A DNA stretch of 64,000 nt, taken from contig OZ316893.1 in the NCBI GenBank assembly GCA_973895155.1, positions 20,464,857 through 20,528,856 of the forward strand, written 5' to 3'. Numbering within the stretch: position 1 is the first letter of the stretch; each line of letters starts with the position of its first letter. Shown here one piece after another: positions 48,448-62,290 of the stretch. Origin of the DNA: Marsupella aquatica (taxonomy: Eukaryota; Plantae; Marchantiophyta). Under the pieces are notes generated by a model. The model was given only the letters and a program-made list of their open reading frames with translations, did not search any database and had not been told where the DNA came from. Both the position numbers and the translations under genes were made by a program.

Positions 48448-49437
48448 CAGCTTAGGTATATGCTTGATGGAATTCTTGCCAAAACAAATTTATATGACAG
48501 ACCCCTAAGCTAGACTTCTGTTACAAACTAGCCCCCCAACCCCCCCCACCACAAAAATGTTATTACGAACTAGGTCCCCTACATAAGTTCCATACACATT
48601 GTTCTTACGTGGTGCCTAACCTGCTCGATAAACCGTATAATTCCCATCAAAATCCATCGCATGTCGCGTCATAGTCCATTGCGTGTATGTCTATGTTTGA
48701 AGACATGATGGATTATGTCTTCACATGATTATAGTGTTTTAGGGGATCCGCCACTACATGATAGCGGGTTGGTATAACATTTAGTTTGAACATTTAGTCT
48801 AGCTAGTTCTTGCAGGCTAGCAAAACTTCCCGTCATGATGTCTCCATGGTGTTTTTGTTTCACACTTTGACAATTTTTGAAAGTTGCAACAAGGAAAAAT
48901 AGCCAAGAGTAAAAGATCTAGTTCCTTCCATATTTAGACAAATTTGGGGTCTAGATGTGAGAAGACAATACTTTATCCTTGTTGTCTTTGTTCCACACTT
49001 GGACAATTTTCGCGTTGCAATAGGGACCAAAGGTCAAAAGTAGAGGACTCATTCCATACTTAGACAAAAGTACAAAGAGATACATCAAAACATCATGCAA
49101 ACCTTGTGCATAGGTTACATGAAGCAACCTAAAGAGGGACGATATGATACAACTTCAAACCTAAAGACCTGGACCATAATTATTGTCTTCACTTAGGAAC
49201 TTGCAGTTTGTGCGACAGCCGCCATAACTCCGCGGTTCCCCCAATGGTGTAGTTTGTCTTCATCATGGTTTGACTTTAAACTTTACAATAACTCGTATTC
49301 GTGATATTATCAAGCTACAATTCCTTATAGGAACTTTACAAGAACACGAGGGGGCCTAGTTTGTAACAAAAGTTTCATAAGGACCCATCACCTAAATTTC
49401 TTTTGGCAGGGGCCCCATCAAGCATATACATCGGCTA
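48448..49437. mobile_element. Non-autonomous TIR element (~85-bp imperfect TIRs); TTA flanks suggest PIF/Harbinger but the boundary is ambiguous
   Basis: GTATATGCTTGATGG...TGTTACAAACTAGCCCCC versus GGGGGCCTAGTTTGTAACA...CCATCAAGCATATAC. Confidence 0.7.
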
Positions 49438-50283
49438 TTACAACATTCTCGATGTTTCCGACCTTGAGTACTTACTTGTAGATGATTAGGTTACTTCTGG
49501 TTACTGTTGTTTTGGAAGAGGTCTGCCTTAGCACTTTGTCCAGACGTACCCATCACCTTACAGCGTCAGTATGAATAGAGTCTTGTCTCAGCCTATAATA
49601 CAACGCGCCAATTATAAGATCTCTTGGGTCAATTCGATATATCAATTCAGTCACATTGTCAGGTCAGCCAAGTCGTCAATCAAAAATATGTCTATGTTTC
49701 CAGTATGGTACCGACGTCTGTACTGTATATGGTACCTATATTATACATCAGCAAACTTGGCAAAATTGTCGCTTAAATCTTATAACCAAAGTAACCCAAG
49801 TTCTCATATATCACAATCCATGGTTGACAAGATGCTTGAATGGACATTTGAAACTCACATATATCATTTAAAGAAAATTCTTTTAACATGCAGATTACAC
49901 CTTCTCCTTGTGTTAATGCTCAAGCGTTTTGGGTGTCATATAAAGCTTGATCCCGAGGAAATGCTACTCATCAGTAAGAGCATCTCTACCACTTAGGGTT
50001 GAATGACAGCTAAACCCAAAATTTAGCCCATCATATTAGAAAAGGTTTAGAAATTAGAGGCTGAGAAACTAGAAAAGCCCTCATCTTGGATTCAGTTCCA
50101 CACCTTTTCTCCTTTATTTGACCTCTATCCTCTCCAATGTGATGTGTTGTCATGCCTAGATTCAAAATCTCCAACACATCCAAAAAAATCTCTGATGTAA
50201 ATGAGAATACAGGCCAGGATAGAGATACCCTCTCCTGGCTGTGAATTCTATCAAATAACCTTTAACTGCTAATTTCCTAAAAA

Positions 50284-50392
50284 TTTCTAAAAAATTACAT
50301 GCCATGCTGTATCTTTTGAAGTCCTCTGGAGACACTCTAAGGGGCAACCAGGACTTCAAAAGATACAGCATGTCATGTGATTTTTAAGAAAA
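50284..50392. repeat. Near-perfect inverted repeat (36+ bp stem, 24-nt loop)
   Basis: CATGCTGTATCTTTTGAAGTCCT pairs with AGGACTTCAAAAGATACAGCATG and extends outward. Confidence 0.9.
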
Positions 50393-52859
50393 AAAATTCT
50401 GGCCAGTGTGGCCAAGGCCACCACGTGTGAAGGAGGAGATCCTGAGAATATTGTGAGCTACTTATAAATGTTCGTAAACATTTAAAGAGAGTATGTAGTT
50501 TGCATACTTGTCATTTAGAGCAGCCCTCTTTGCGCTGAAAAAAACTGCAAAATAGTAGGGGAAATTGGGGAGAATGGGACACCTTGCAAAGAGAGGAAAC
50601 ATTTCCAAAAATCTGGTTGAGTAGCGTCTTCTTGACTTTGATCAATTCTCATGTTTTCTGCTGTTTCCTTTGCTCATCCTTGCTCGATTGTGTTAAGCAT
50701 GCGGTGAGACTTAGAAGTTTGTTTGTATTGTTAGATTAGAATATCCTTGAAGAAAAAATTACTCTTAATACACCATGTTGTGGTATTTGTGTGTTACATT
50801 AAGAAGTCTTTCAGCAAAAAACCATTCCTCCAAGGTTGACATAGACCGGAACTTTAGCTGGAGGAAGAGTAAGGAGTTTCAATGACCATGTCAACTACCC
50901 AAACGTGCATCTTTATGCGAGATATTTCCTCAATTTGCAGCGTGAGTGAGGATTAAGACAAGCACTTAATTTGATGGATTTCAGACGGTCAACTTGTAAA
51001 GCTACCATGGGGGCTAAAACTTTAACGAAATTCGTAAGGTCTTTGGGAGAAGACAAGCACTAAAGGTTTGAAGTTAAATTAGTGTTAATAGCTGGTCCGT
51101 GTCTAAAATAATGGCATCATATTCAATTCATAAAACAAGCACGTCATTCCCGGGTATCCAAAATATGTTGTGTATGTAACTTTAGAACAAAATCCAAACG
51201 ATGTTTAGCATTTTAGCTAAACATGGATAGTTGTGCCAATGGAGTTACATAGTGCAAGAAATATTCTGCCATTGTGGGTTGAGTGAGCCCTCTTCCAAAC
51301 TCCTTAATCTCCCTCAATCACACCGTTTCCAGTATATGTCAAAATTTGAAGTTTCTATCGGGTGCCTAAATCAATCATGTTTGGCATACATACTCCAAAA
51401 AAGGGATATCATTCTCTTTGACATTTTAGCACAGGACTTAGTCTCTCAAGAAAACCTAAACAAAGAAGCAATCTCCAATTGACCAACTGTTGACTTATCC
51501 TTTGCTTTGGGTTGGTTCGCTTCGATAACAATGAATTTCTGTTCAGCCCCGTGGGTGTTCAGCAGAATCATAAAAGTAACAACAAATATCCGTGTGCACT
51601 CTTTCTCATGCCAAGGACAAGTCCACTAGTTTTGGTCACCACTATGCTTTGTCTATCAATGGCATTGTGTTCAACGAATGTAGGGAAGTACTGAGACCGT
51701 AAGCCACTGATACCTTTGAAATATCCATATGGAATGTAGATTGCCTCAATTGAACAATCCACTATTCTTGGTCAATCCAGAGCACCTCTGCAAATGTCAA
51801 CCATATTTCTTGTCTTCTAGATGTCCCCAATTTAATGATAACTACCGTGCATAACAGGTTATTTAGAAACAGCTTTTAATCACTTTACCACTAAAGATGT
51901 TCTCATTCACAATATTATCATTATTTTTCCTGTATTTATAAAAATGTCACGGTTTGGCTCAGATGACAAGTTTACCAAGGTAGCCAGGGGAATTATATAC
52001 GAAAACCGTGGCACTTTTGTAAATACAAAAAAATAGTGACAATATTTTAAATTCAAACATCTTTAGTTGCAATGTAATTAAAAATTATATTTAGAAATTC
52101 ATGAATACCTTAAAATCATCAATGTACCCTAAAAATATTGTCACTTGTTATATTCCTGTAGAGAAAAAGTTTAGAGGCTCTTATTTAGCCATTAGTTTGG
52201 CCCCAACTGCACTCATACTATATCATAGTGGTAAATATGACATCGGCCATATAAGTGTAGTTTCCTGGCCAAACAAAACCCGCTCCTCAAAATCTCTCTT
52301 GAGTTGAGTGTAGTATCCCACAGGCTCATATGTGGAGTATCCCTTTATCAATCAAAAGGTAGATTGGGGTAAACTTATTGTGGCTGGAAGTAATAAATAG
52401 GAACACCTGAACTGGTATGCATAAAAAACCATAACAGGGGTAAATTGACTTTAGTACCAATATCCTTCCCAAATACCAACAAAATCTCCAACAGTTACAA
52501 GGCTTATGTAGCTAATGATCCAACTAGCAAGTTCGGGACCAAGTTCCAAAGTCTTGGCATCTGTACAGCACAAATTCTCCTAGAACATATGCGAACGTCT
52601 TAAGGAATAAATTTTCTATTACAAACAAAATTGATTATCGTATTTTCTATTTCAACAAATTTGATTATGTTGTCCATAGTGGTCTTAATTGGAATTTGGT
52701 TTGTCAATTCCATGAAGGAAAACTGGAAGAAAAAATTAATGTTCAAAGTATGTTATTCTCTATATTGTGGTTACCGTCACACTTGCCCTGGGATTTTACA
52801 AATGTCAAAGTCTGGGAATATTGAAAGGGTATCCGGTGACTATGCTGTTAGCTAGTGTA

Positions 52860-53106
52860 TGTTGAGCATAGACGACAATCGCAACAACAAGCCCATGAAC
52901 CATCCAACACACAAGTATCGACACACAGAGATATGTGATTCACCTCCACATGAGACTACGTCCACAAGAACACACAAGAGCTTTACTGCACTCTAGGCCA
53001 ACCGTCCATACCAAGCATCCATAACATAAACTCTCCCTATCTCTCAAAGCAAACACCGCTTGGGATAGTGTATGCACATGACTAACCCTAAACCCTAAAC
53101 CCTAAA
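52860..53106 (-). mobile_element. Partial copia-family LTR ending in (CCCTAAA)3
   Basis: TGTTGAGCATAGACGACAATCGCAAC... homology up to CATGACTAAC, then telomere-type repeats at 53086-53106. Confidence 0.8.
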
Positions 53107-53384
53107 CAATTGTTCATGTTTGATGTCAGGAAAAATAGTTAGACCCGGTACGTGTACAAAGATCAAAATATTGGAGAATAAAATTTAAAATGACAAGCAA
53201 TGGGGTGAAACAATATGACCAATTGGATGTCTTGTCAGTGTTATATTAGTGTACTACAACAATTTGAATGTCAGAATTCTTTTAATTTTTTTCAGGTTTA
53301 TGAAAAAGCTAACTGATATGAATGCAGATACTTAGAACCCCTTAGGCTCTATACTATAAAACAAAACCATCAATCTTCTTAATA

Positions 53385-53750
53385 ATTCATGATCTCTTTA
53401 GTACTTGTCCAAATTACCAAAATGTTAGGTTTACTGGAAAGCTAGAGAAAATCATAAACTAGTGATCCTTTTAATACTTGGCAAATCTCTCAATGTGGTA
53501 TTCATGAAAAGAGGGGAAATATTGCCCCAAATTTTGAATAGTCTTGATCTCCTTTGCACTTGACAAATATATGCCCAATGTGAGGCTCATTAGAAAGCTA
53601 GAGAATTTGATAAAATCATGATCTCAGTACTTGATGATATCTATCACTATCATGCTCATTGGAAAACTAGAGTTGATTGGAAACTCATGATCTCTTTAGT
53701 ACTTGACTAAATCTGCCAATGTTAGGCTTATTGGAAAATTAGAGAAATGA
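53385..53750. repeat. Degenerate ~70-bp tandem array (CATGATCTCTTTAGTACTTG...AATGTTAGG..TGGAAAGCTAGAGAA)
   Basis: About 5 diverged units visible. Confidence 0.7.
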
Positions 53751-56289
53751 TCTGAGGGACACCCATCAGATCTGACAATTCCAACTATAGCTCAATGCCA
53801 AATTATCTTTACTTCCACCGAACCCTGAACCCCAACTACAACCCCTACTGCTAGCCCCGCTAGTAACAACTTGGCAGCTGCCATGGGAACCCGTGTTTCC
53901 ATTGTGTACTAATTATTGCACATTTGCTACTGAAGTGGAGTGGGAATGATACAAAGAGATGTTTCAGAAGTCTTTGTGACTTATTCGCCAATATAAATGG
54001 TCCAGGTTTGACTGTACAGGGATCTAACGGTGACAGCGTACATTACAAGTAAAATATGTAGTGTTTTTCTAAGTGGAACACTGCTGGACACCACTTACCG
54101 AGTAAATTATGCAGTTTTTTCTAAGCGGAACACTGCTGGGAACCACTTGCCTCCTTGAAGACAAACTGAAACTCATGACTGGAAGTGTGTCATCAGAATG
54201 AATAGAGCTGACCATAAAGATCCAAGGATCAAATGCCTTTCGCGAGGCAGTTGGAAAGGTGTCCTTTATCACCAAATCATTGTTAAAGATGCTCTAGGGT
54301 GGGGGATTCACTTCTTCACTTCCATGCTAGGGGACCATGGTGTGAGATGAAGAATGGGGTCTGTTTTTGAGATTCATTGCGAATAAGGGTCTAGTTTATA
54401 CGGAAATAATGGTTCAAATTCCAAAAGTGTCACTAGCTATTAGTCTGAATGGTTCACAGAACCTTATTTTTTATTAGATAAAGGTATCACCTTCATGTGG
54501 ATGCCTACAGATGGTGCCTCCCATAACTTACCAATAGGTCTGAGGTTCCTCTCTGTTGCAGACGGTTATTTTCATTGTCTCTCAGTATTTCTATAGGTCC
54601 CACATCTACATGTCTTTCGACAAATGAGAATTCTGCTTAGGATGAAGGGGTCTGGCTACCGCCACGTTAGTCAAGGAACAAACATGCTCCTAAAAGGGTC
54701 TAAGATTTGTGACCCCGCGTGCTCGAAGTGGACCTAAAGTTCCACCATGAAGTACGTTCCTTTATACAGTGTGAGTGACCAAGCCAATTGCATATACAGA
54801 ACCTTTGTCTCAGGTTTTCTGGCTCTTTGGTCTTCTGGGGTTTCTCTTGTTTTTGCACCCGTATTGGGTCTTCTGTATATTAGGCTCCTGTCTCCCAGAG
54901 TATGACCCTTTTTTGGGGGGCAGTGTCATGATATGTAAATGTTTTTTTTTCTCTCCTTCATGGGGATAACATAAATAGTTAATGTGTGTGTCATGGCGTG
55001 GATAACCACACAAGCATGTCAAGAGTCCTTGGAAGGGCGAGTGAGATTGGATAACCCCAATGAAGTTGTAAAGCTGTAACAGACATAGATGTGCATTAGT
55101 AAGCACATAAAGGAAATGAGACCAGGAAAGTTTGAATCCAATTGGATGTTCCCTGTCATGGGGTCTCATGATGCTGATAAAATGCTTTGTGTCCTCAGTG
55201 AGGTAATGAACCGGAGGCAGTGAATGAAGAATTTGGACAATTCTTGGAAGTTGACAAGGCTTTCTACCATGGGAGAGAGCTTGGTCACAAAAGTAGGGTG
55301 AAGCTAACTTCATGAATCCGTGACCCATGTTAATAGGGAGTGTTAATTCTCTAGCCCCATGCAGGAGCAAAGTGAGAGACCCAACCCAATGTCAAGGGTT
55401 CGAAAAAGTGTTGTGGTTACGGGAGAGTACATGGATGACCATTGGATGGTGAACCCTTGGGAGTGGTTCAACTTAACTAAACTACATGTTTTGAGTGTTT
55501 CCAATTAGCTAAAATAACTTTACTTAACAAACCAACAGTGGAGAAGCATGGCGAAGTAAACAGAGTGGCAAACTAATGTACTAATAAACTAAAAACAATG
55601 GTAAAACCCAGGGTCCTCACTTCTTTTCTTTCTACCCATTGTGTGAGAAGAAGTTAGGGTTTTTTAAAACAATTGGGCCAAAATTAGGGGTGTTTTAATC
55701 CAATTTTGAGAATTATAAAGAGGGTTATAATTCCAAATTTAAGAATATTTCATAAAGATAGGGGTTAAAAAATAGTAAAAAATGTATTTTATATTCTTAA
55801 GTTTTAGGGTGTTTATTACTTGAAAATTTTCTGCATGATATGAGCTCTCACTTGGAATGAGTACTCCAAGTGATGAAATAAACATCTTTAAAAAAGGGGC
55901 AATGAAGTAAATCTTACTTTTCAAGAAAGTTAAGCCCGGATGGATCGAGAGGTTTGTTTTGCCCATCTCCATGGACTATGATACGCACTATATCACTTAA
56001 CATCCAAAATTCACACCTTTTGGCTATAGTTGGGAAAAACTCTACACTTTTGAGAAGGACGCCCAAGTTTTTGCCATGTGTCCCGGCCAACTGTAAAATG
56101 CTGGTTTAAAGCAGATTTTTGCATTTATTTGGACAACTTTTGGATTTCTGTTTAACTCAAACAATGATATTCAATTCTCTGATGTCCAATCTAGCACTTG
56201 ACAAAAATTCAAAAAAAAAGTTTGAGATTATTTCTCCATTGCCAATGAGTGCAAAAATGGTCAAATACTATAAATTAACTGTCAACAAG

Positions 56290-56500
56290 CTCTTCACTTT
56301 TGTGAAATACGCCTGAGTACTTTGGGAGGAGCACCGACTTACCACTTTGGGGAGGATGCTTCACTTTTGTCAAGAACACCCTGAATACTGTGGGTTAGCC
56401 ATGAGCCGCGAAACACCGACTTACCACTTTGGGGAGGATGCTTCACTTCTGTTAAGAACACCCTGAGTACTGTAGTTTTTCCATGAGCCGCAACTTACCA
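56290..56500. repeat. ~79-bp tandem duplication (CACCGACTTACCACTTTGGGGAGGATGCTTCACTT..GT.AAGAACACCCTGA.TACTGT)
   Basis: Two clear copies plus partial flanks. Confidence 0.8.
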
Positions 56501-57199
56501 CCCTACTACTAAAGGAAACCAACTGCAAAACGGTCAGGAGATAGTGTGAATTTAGGGTCAGTCAAAATTGTAAAGAAATATCAGAACATTTTTTATATTT
56601 TGAGTCAATAGATCCAAGCATTAGAAATCCATGTGGGCTTCAAAGGAAACCCCTTGGTCCATCCCATTTAATTAACATTCCAATTTTCACATGTGACTAA
56701 ATTAAAAACAAGGGCAAAATAATAAATTATTAATAAAAAAGTGACTAAACTAAAAACATGGGCACAATGTGAAAAAAGTGGCAAAGTAACTATTACAAAA
56801 GAATGGCCAAATCGTATTTTAAAAAAAACGTGGCAAAAGAAATATTTTTGAAAAAAGTGACAAAGTAACTATTACAAAAGCAAAAATAAATATTTTACAA
56901 AAAAGTGGTTATTTTTGTTAAATGGCAAGACAAATATATGTTTTTAATGGAAAAAGTGACTATTACAAATGAAAAATAAATATTTTTGAAAAAGTGATAA
57001 AAATATTCTCTGAGAAAGTGACAAAATAAAATTGGTAAAAAAATTAAAAAAAAGTGCCGATGAGATGAATCTCGTGTGCCATAAGATGTCCGTACCGCCA
57101 TTATCCTGCTTCAATGGAGATGCCGTGGCTGTTGAGGGACAGCTCTGCGTTACCGTGTCCAGTATACAGCACTGTAGTTGCTTCACTGTCTGTGTAGCC

Positions 57200-59450
57200 T
57201 GATTGGCAGATTGGGACTGCAGTCCCTTGCACTTTAAAGCCAATCATGGTCTGCTCCGATTTCCGAAGGACAGGGCCCCCTCCAGATGGCACTATCGAAG
57301 CTTCGTTATCACCATGGCAAATTCCCCTTCTGATTGTGCTTTTGAAAAGAATGAACGTCCGCCGACGCTGGGACGGGAAACGCTCATCACAGAAATGGTG
57401 ATGCTCAACAAATTCACATGGTCTGCGAAAAGACGAACGTCCGTCGACGCAGCGACGGGAAACTTATCACAGGATGGTGATGCACAACAAACTCAATTTC
57501 TGACTGTGAGAAACGCAACACACTGGTCTTCTGAAAGAACTTCGTTGCCCGGGAGTGGCAGGTAACGATCCGAGGGGACTGTTCAATCTACTGAGTCTGT
57601 GTCCATGCGTAATTCTGGTACCAGCGCGTGGTTAGGAGCGTTTCATGCACACGAAATTGTTGTGGATATGGCCGCGGGACGACAATTTGGCCAGCTGCTT
57701 AATTCCGTTGTGTACCTCTTTCACGAGCGCGTGTTTAGGTTCATTCCTGGCACACGAAATTGTTGCGCTTTTGGCCGCGGGAAGATGATGGCGCCAACTG
57801 CTGGAACCGATTTCGTGCTTCGGTAGGTGGACTGATGTTATCTTGCTTATCACGGTGCAGCACGATAGAATGGGCAAAAACGAGGGCTTAGTCCTTGGCG
57901 GAGGCTCTGGTGCACTCAGGGCATCCTGTCCAAGTACTAGAGCTCAATGCTAATCAGCCAGGGCGAGGCTTCTCCAACGCGGTGCACAAAGTTTGCTAGC
58001 TGTCCGAAAGTACTCACTCAGGTTATTGAAAGTTTGAGGGATGGTGTGCTTGTCTAAAAATGAGATCACACGGGAGGAAGATGAGACATCGGTCCACGTT
58101 TTTCAAGAAAGCAGTGTAATTAACTAAACAATGAAAATGAGTAGCAAGTATCACGCATACCCTTTTTAGAATTGCGCTTTCAACATCTCTTACTCCTGTG
58201 TCCACAAACCAAGTCGGGCTTGAAAGCACATGGATCACGCAGCCGTGTCCGAAGTTTAGTATTTAGGTTGTCTCCGATTTGACATTGAATTAGTAAGTTA
58301 CTCCGCACCCCGGTCCGTACCAAACAACGCAACTTCTCGGTCGTATAATTGAAACATACAAAGTGAGGAGGTGGAAGCCTTGGTCACTTGGTGGTCTCGT
58401 CTCACTCCCATTGTCGGCTTGTTCCTCTGCCCCTCTCGGATTGGCACTCTACTTGGGATTGTGTACCTTTTTCTGGTACAGATAATTCTGCTGGACATCC
58501 ATCGCATACTCCAATTGCATGACTCTGTTTGGGGTTCGAGTCGTCCGTTTAAGACAAAGCATTGGCGGCGCTAAGGTCTACAAAGGATACCGCATGGTCA
58601 GACAGCTACGGTCATCAGTTAAGGTCTAGCCGAGGTCGGAGGAGATGGAATGCCTAGAGTGTTTGGTCTCTGCTGACTCCTTAGTGTAATTTTCCTCAGA
58701 ACACGTGTCTTGGATGATCTGTTCGTCCGAAACGGTCATGCAGCTGCATGTTGGCGGCCAGACTGTGCAAGACTTTACAGGACGGGAACATTTTATTTCG
58801 CGTTTCTTATCGACCAACACGAGATGCTGAAAGAGGAGCTAACAGCCTTCTAACGAAGTCCTCGTCGGTTTGACTTAGTTACAAACGTTCACATGTAGAA
58901 TTGTAGATTGCAGAGCAGATTGGGAGAGCTGTATTCTAGCGTAGCTGGACTGCTGGACGATTTGGTGAAGGTAACGGAAGTTCGAGCTCGGCTTGTTACC
59001 AAGGTGCGAATGTGCGTCGTGTTACGTAGATTGAAGCTTAGTCATGAAGGTTGGGAGAGCTAGGGTTTGTGAGAGTAGCTCAACCAGTAGGTAGAAGATT
59101 TGGCAAAGACAGTTACTGAGAGCATATCCACCGCACTCGCTATTAGGCCCGTACAATCACAACAGTCGCCTGGAAGAGCTGATTGTCAACGATTTTATGC
59201 ACACGGGTTGCTCTCTGCATTAATTTTAGATATTTTCCCGGTGCACTAAGAAATCATTTGTCACAAGTGAAATTTGGCAAGGGCCTGTTTCCTGTTACCT
59301 GGAATGCACAGCATCTACCTGGAACAATACCGGTGGACCAGTCTGAGATGCTCTAAGGAAGTTCGTTTTCGGTTTCACTGAGATACAAAAGTGCACACGT
59401 AGATTGAAGCTTACTCACCAGGTTGGGAGTGTTATAAATAGAGAATAGTC
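57200..59450 (+). pseudogene. Probable eroded RNI-like LRR (TORNADO1-like) pseudogene
   Basis: Broken plus-strand frames give LITEMVMLNK, LKELRC, SLAEALVHSGHPVQVLELNANQ, SETVMQLHVGG...RFLSTNT and NSRLEELIV. A ~83-84 bp (28-codon) internal repeat at ~57350/57435. No intact ORF. Confidence 0.35.
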
Positions 59451-60529
59451 AGACGATTTGCTGAAGATTCCCTCGAACAGTCACATATGTGCTGCCAAAA
59501 GTGAGGTAAGTTAGCTTTTGTTCTGCGTACTGTTTTATTTCGTCGAGCTACGACATCCTATGACGAGAAATGCTGAATTTCTGCCCAGTGACTTTCAAGA
59601 TACTTCACTCTCGGTGTTTCGTATGATTGTTCCGATGCCAAACGTTCCCCAAAGGGTGGTTTTGTTCGTTTCAATGCACTTCTCGAATTATTTCGATATC
59701 ATTTTCTTTCAGGATGCCCTGGGTAGAGATTTGCAGCATCTTCATGTGGTTATTCGATCACTATCAGTATCAGAAACCAAGTCTCTGAAAGTTTATCGGA
59801 TAGTTTAGTCCGTTACAATGGCCAAACCAGGAATGTGCTGAAGGTCAAAGTCAGCTTCAATGGAATTTCGTGTTCCACGTTTTGTAAGCTTTGACGATGC
59901 CCTGAAATAAATTAGAGGGTTCCACTGGACCAGCAGCTTGTCCTCCACCAGCAGCGCAAAGACCCTGATGAAGGCTGACTGTTTTGGGCCGATCAGGAAT
60001 TCTACCGGAGCCGCCTGTGACCGAATCTTACATCTGTTCTGACTTCTGGAATCCAGCCGCTGCTCTTTGTTTAAGCTTCGAAATGAGGGCCTCGCTCCAT
60101 CGCATTAGCCTGCGCTGCACCGGTGATGGATAGTCGATACCATATGAAGCGTTTTCGAATGAGCTCAGTTACAACAGTCAGCTGTGCAGTTTTTCCAATC
60201 GATTTCGTGCCATGAGACAGCGAGAGATCGGCTGTCAGCTCTGCGGTTTTTCCAATCCATTTCATTTCTCTTGCCACGAAAAAAGCACCAAAGAACCAGC
60301 TGCGATAAGTCATTACGCGCTACAAATCAGTCCCAGCATCGCTTCGCTGTTGCTCAACACGGAATTCGGAGTTTGAAAGTCAATCGTCGGCGTTTGCAAC
60401 AAATTTCTTCGGATGGATCATGGCGAAAATTTCACTGCTGGTACGGTACCGATCACTGTCAAGCTCTAACTTAGTAACTCCGACCGAAGTCTATCTTCAG
60501 TTCACTGATTGACTGTCTTGCATTGCAGC

Positions 60530-62290
60530 TCTTTGCTTTCGTCTCTGTTCGTGGGGTTCTTCTCAAAATGGTTCTTCTCAAAATGCAAGGGGTCTTTGCT
60601 TTCGTCTCTGTTCGTGGGGTTCTTCTCAACATGCAATTTCCCTGCAGATGCCATATTGGACTATTAATAAGGGCGTCTCAAAGGTTCAAAGTAGGGGACT
60701 ATGGCTTTTTGTTTGTCAAAGTTGGGGACTATGGCATTTAGGGTTGTGTAAAAGGGCATATTTCTCCACGGGTTGTGTAAAAGTTTTTTTTCACTAGACT
60801 CTTTAAACAATTGGTTTATGGTCATGGCATATGACTAATCATTATGACAAAAAATTATGGATTATGAATTTGGTACTTTGTAAGTTTAACTAGTGACTTA
60901 AGGTCATCAAAATTGAACCTTTGAGACCCCCTAATTGAAGACCCATGAAAATTGGAAAGCAGAACAGTTTTATTTTGAAGCTGCTATATGGCAATTTGAT
61001 ACTTTGTAAGTTTAATTAGTGAGCTAAGGTCATCAAAATTGAACCTTTGAGACCCCCTCATTGAAGACCCATGGAAATTGGAAAACAGAACATTTTTTGA
61101 AGCTGCTATAGCCAACACCTTCTACCCTATTTTGTCTTATTAGAAGAATAGTTTCTGAATTTTGTTTTAAATCTAGCCTAGGGTAATCTATCATTTCATT
61201 TTGTATTAGTTTGAATTCAGCAAATTTTCTAACCCCTTTAATTATTTGAAGTCTATGATTTTCATTTGATATATTAGGTTTTACTATGATAGTTTATCAT
61301 GGATGTGATGAAATTTTTATTCTGTCATTCTTTCTCTATGGCATGGCAAGTTAGACTCACAAGGATGCACCAGTCCAAAAACCAGCAGTGCCCTGTAGGT
61401 TATATGTCCATCGGTGAAAAACTTTCCAACCATTATGGTTTAGAGGTTAAAAGGTGCCACCTAAACATTGAATATCTCAATAGAGCCAAAAAGTAGAGTA
61501 CAAAGCTAGAGTACAAAGCTAGCATACTTCTCTGTCAACCACAAAGTACTATACCCCTAGATATTTTGACTTATAAATTATGTACTTGTCTTTCTTCACT
61601 CTAAAGGTGTGCATTTTTCTTCCATTTATTTCTTTCAATCCACTATTTTAATACATTTGAATATGATGCTATAGCTGCTATTTGATAAACTATTTAAATT
61701 AATTGGTAATTTACATAGGGTACAATTAACATTATTGTCAATAAGTTAAAATAGCTGTGTATTAGAAGGAACATGCTAATAAGTTAAAATAGCTATGTCT
61801 TAGAAGGAACATGCTATATTGAAGACCCATGAAAATTGGAAAGCAATGCAGCCATGGATATGTGCCAAATTGGACAATTGGGGACCCTTTGGGAGTTTGG
61901 GAAAGCAATGCAGCCATGGACATAGCATTCTTGCCATGGATATGTGCCAAATTGGAGTTTAATACATTTGAATACGATGCTATAGCTGCTACTTGATAAA
62001 CTATTTAAATTAATTGGTAGTTTACATAGGGAACAAATGACATTATTGTCATTAAGTTAAAATAGCTGTGTCTTAGAAGGAACATACTATATATTGAAGA
62101 CCCATGAAAATTGGAAAGCAATGCAGCCATGGATATGTGCCAAATTGGACAATTGGGGACCCTTTGGGAGTTTGGGAAAGCAATGCAGCCATGGACATAG
62201 CATTTTTGCCATGGATATGTGCCAAATTGGACAATTGGAGGCCCTTTGGGAGTTTCGGAAAGCAATGGAGCCATGGACAGAGCATTCTTT
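60530..62290. repeat. Nested tandem duplications (38 bp at 60530-60630; ~124 bp at 60873-61110; ~310 bp at 61648-62280 with internal GGAAAGCAATGCAGCCATGGA.AT units)
   Basis: Directly visible. The motif ATTGAAGACCCATGAAAATTGGAAAGC is shared among blocks. Confidence 0.85.

Noticed and set aside
49571-49996. 141-aa ORF
   Set aside because: No recognisable motif, no supporting splice structure, and it lies in TE-rich DNA.
51050-51800. Possible hAT dimerisation-domain remnant (WHNYPCLAKML) on the minus strand
   Set aside because: A single short motif among stops; not enough to call without a search.
54597-54650. GTCCCACATC USE-like snRNA/telomerase RNA promoter
   Set aside because: No correctly spaced TATA box or recognisable snRNA downstream.
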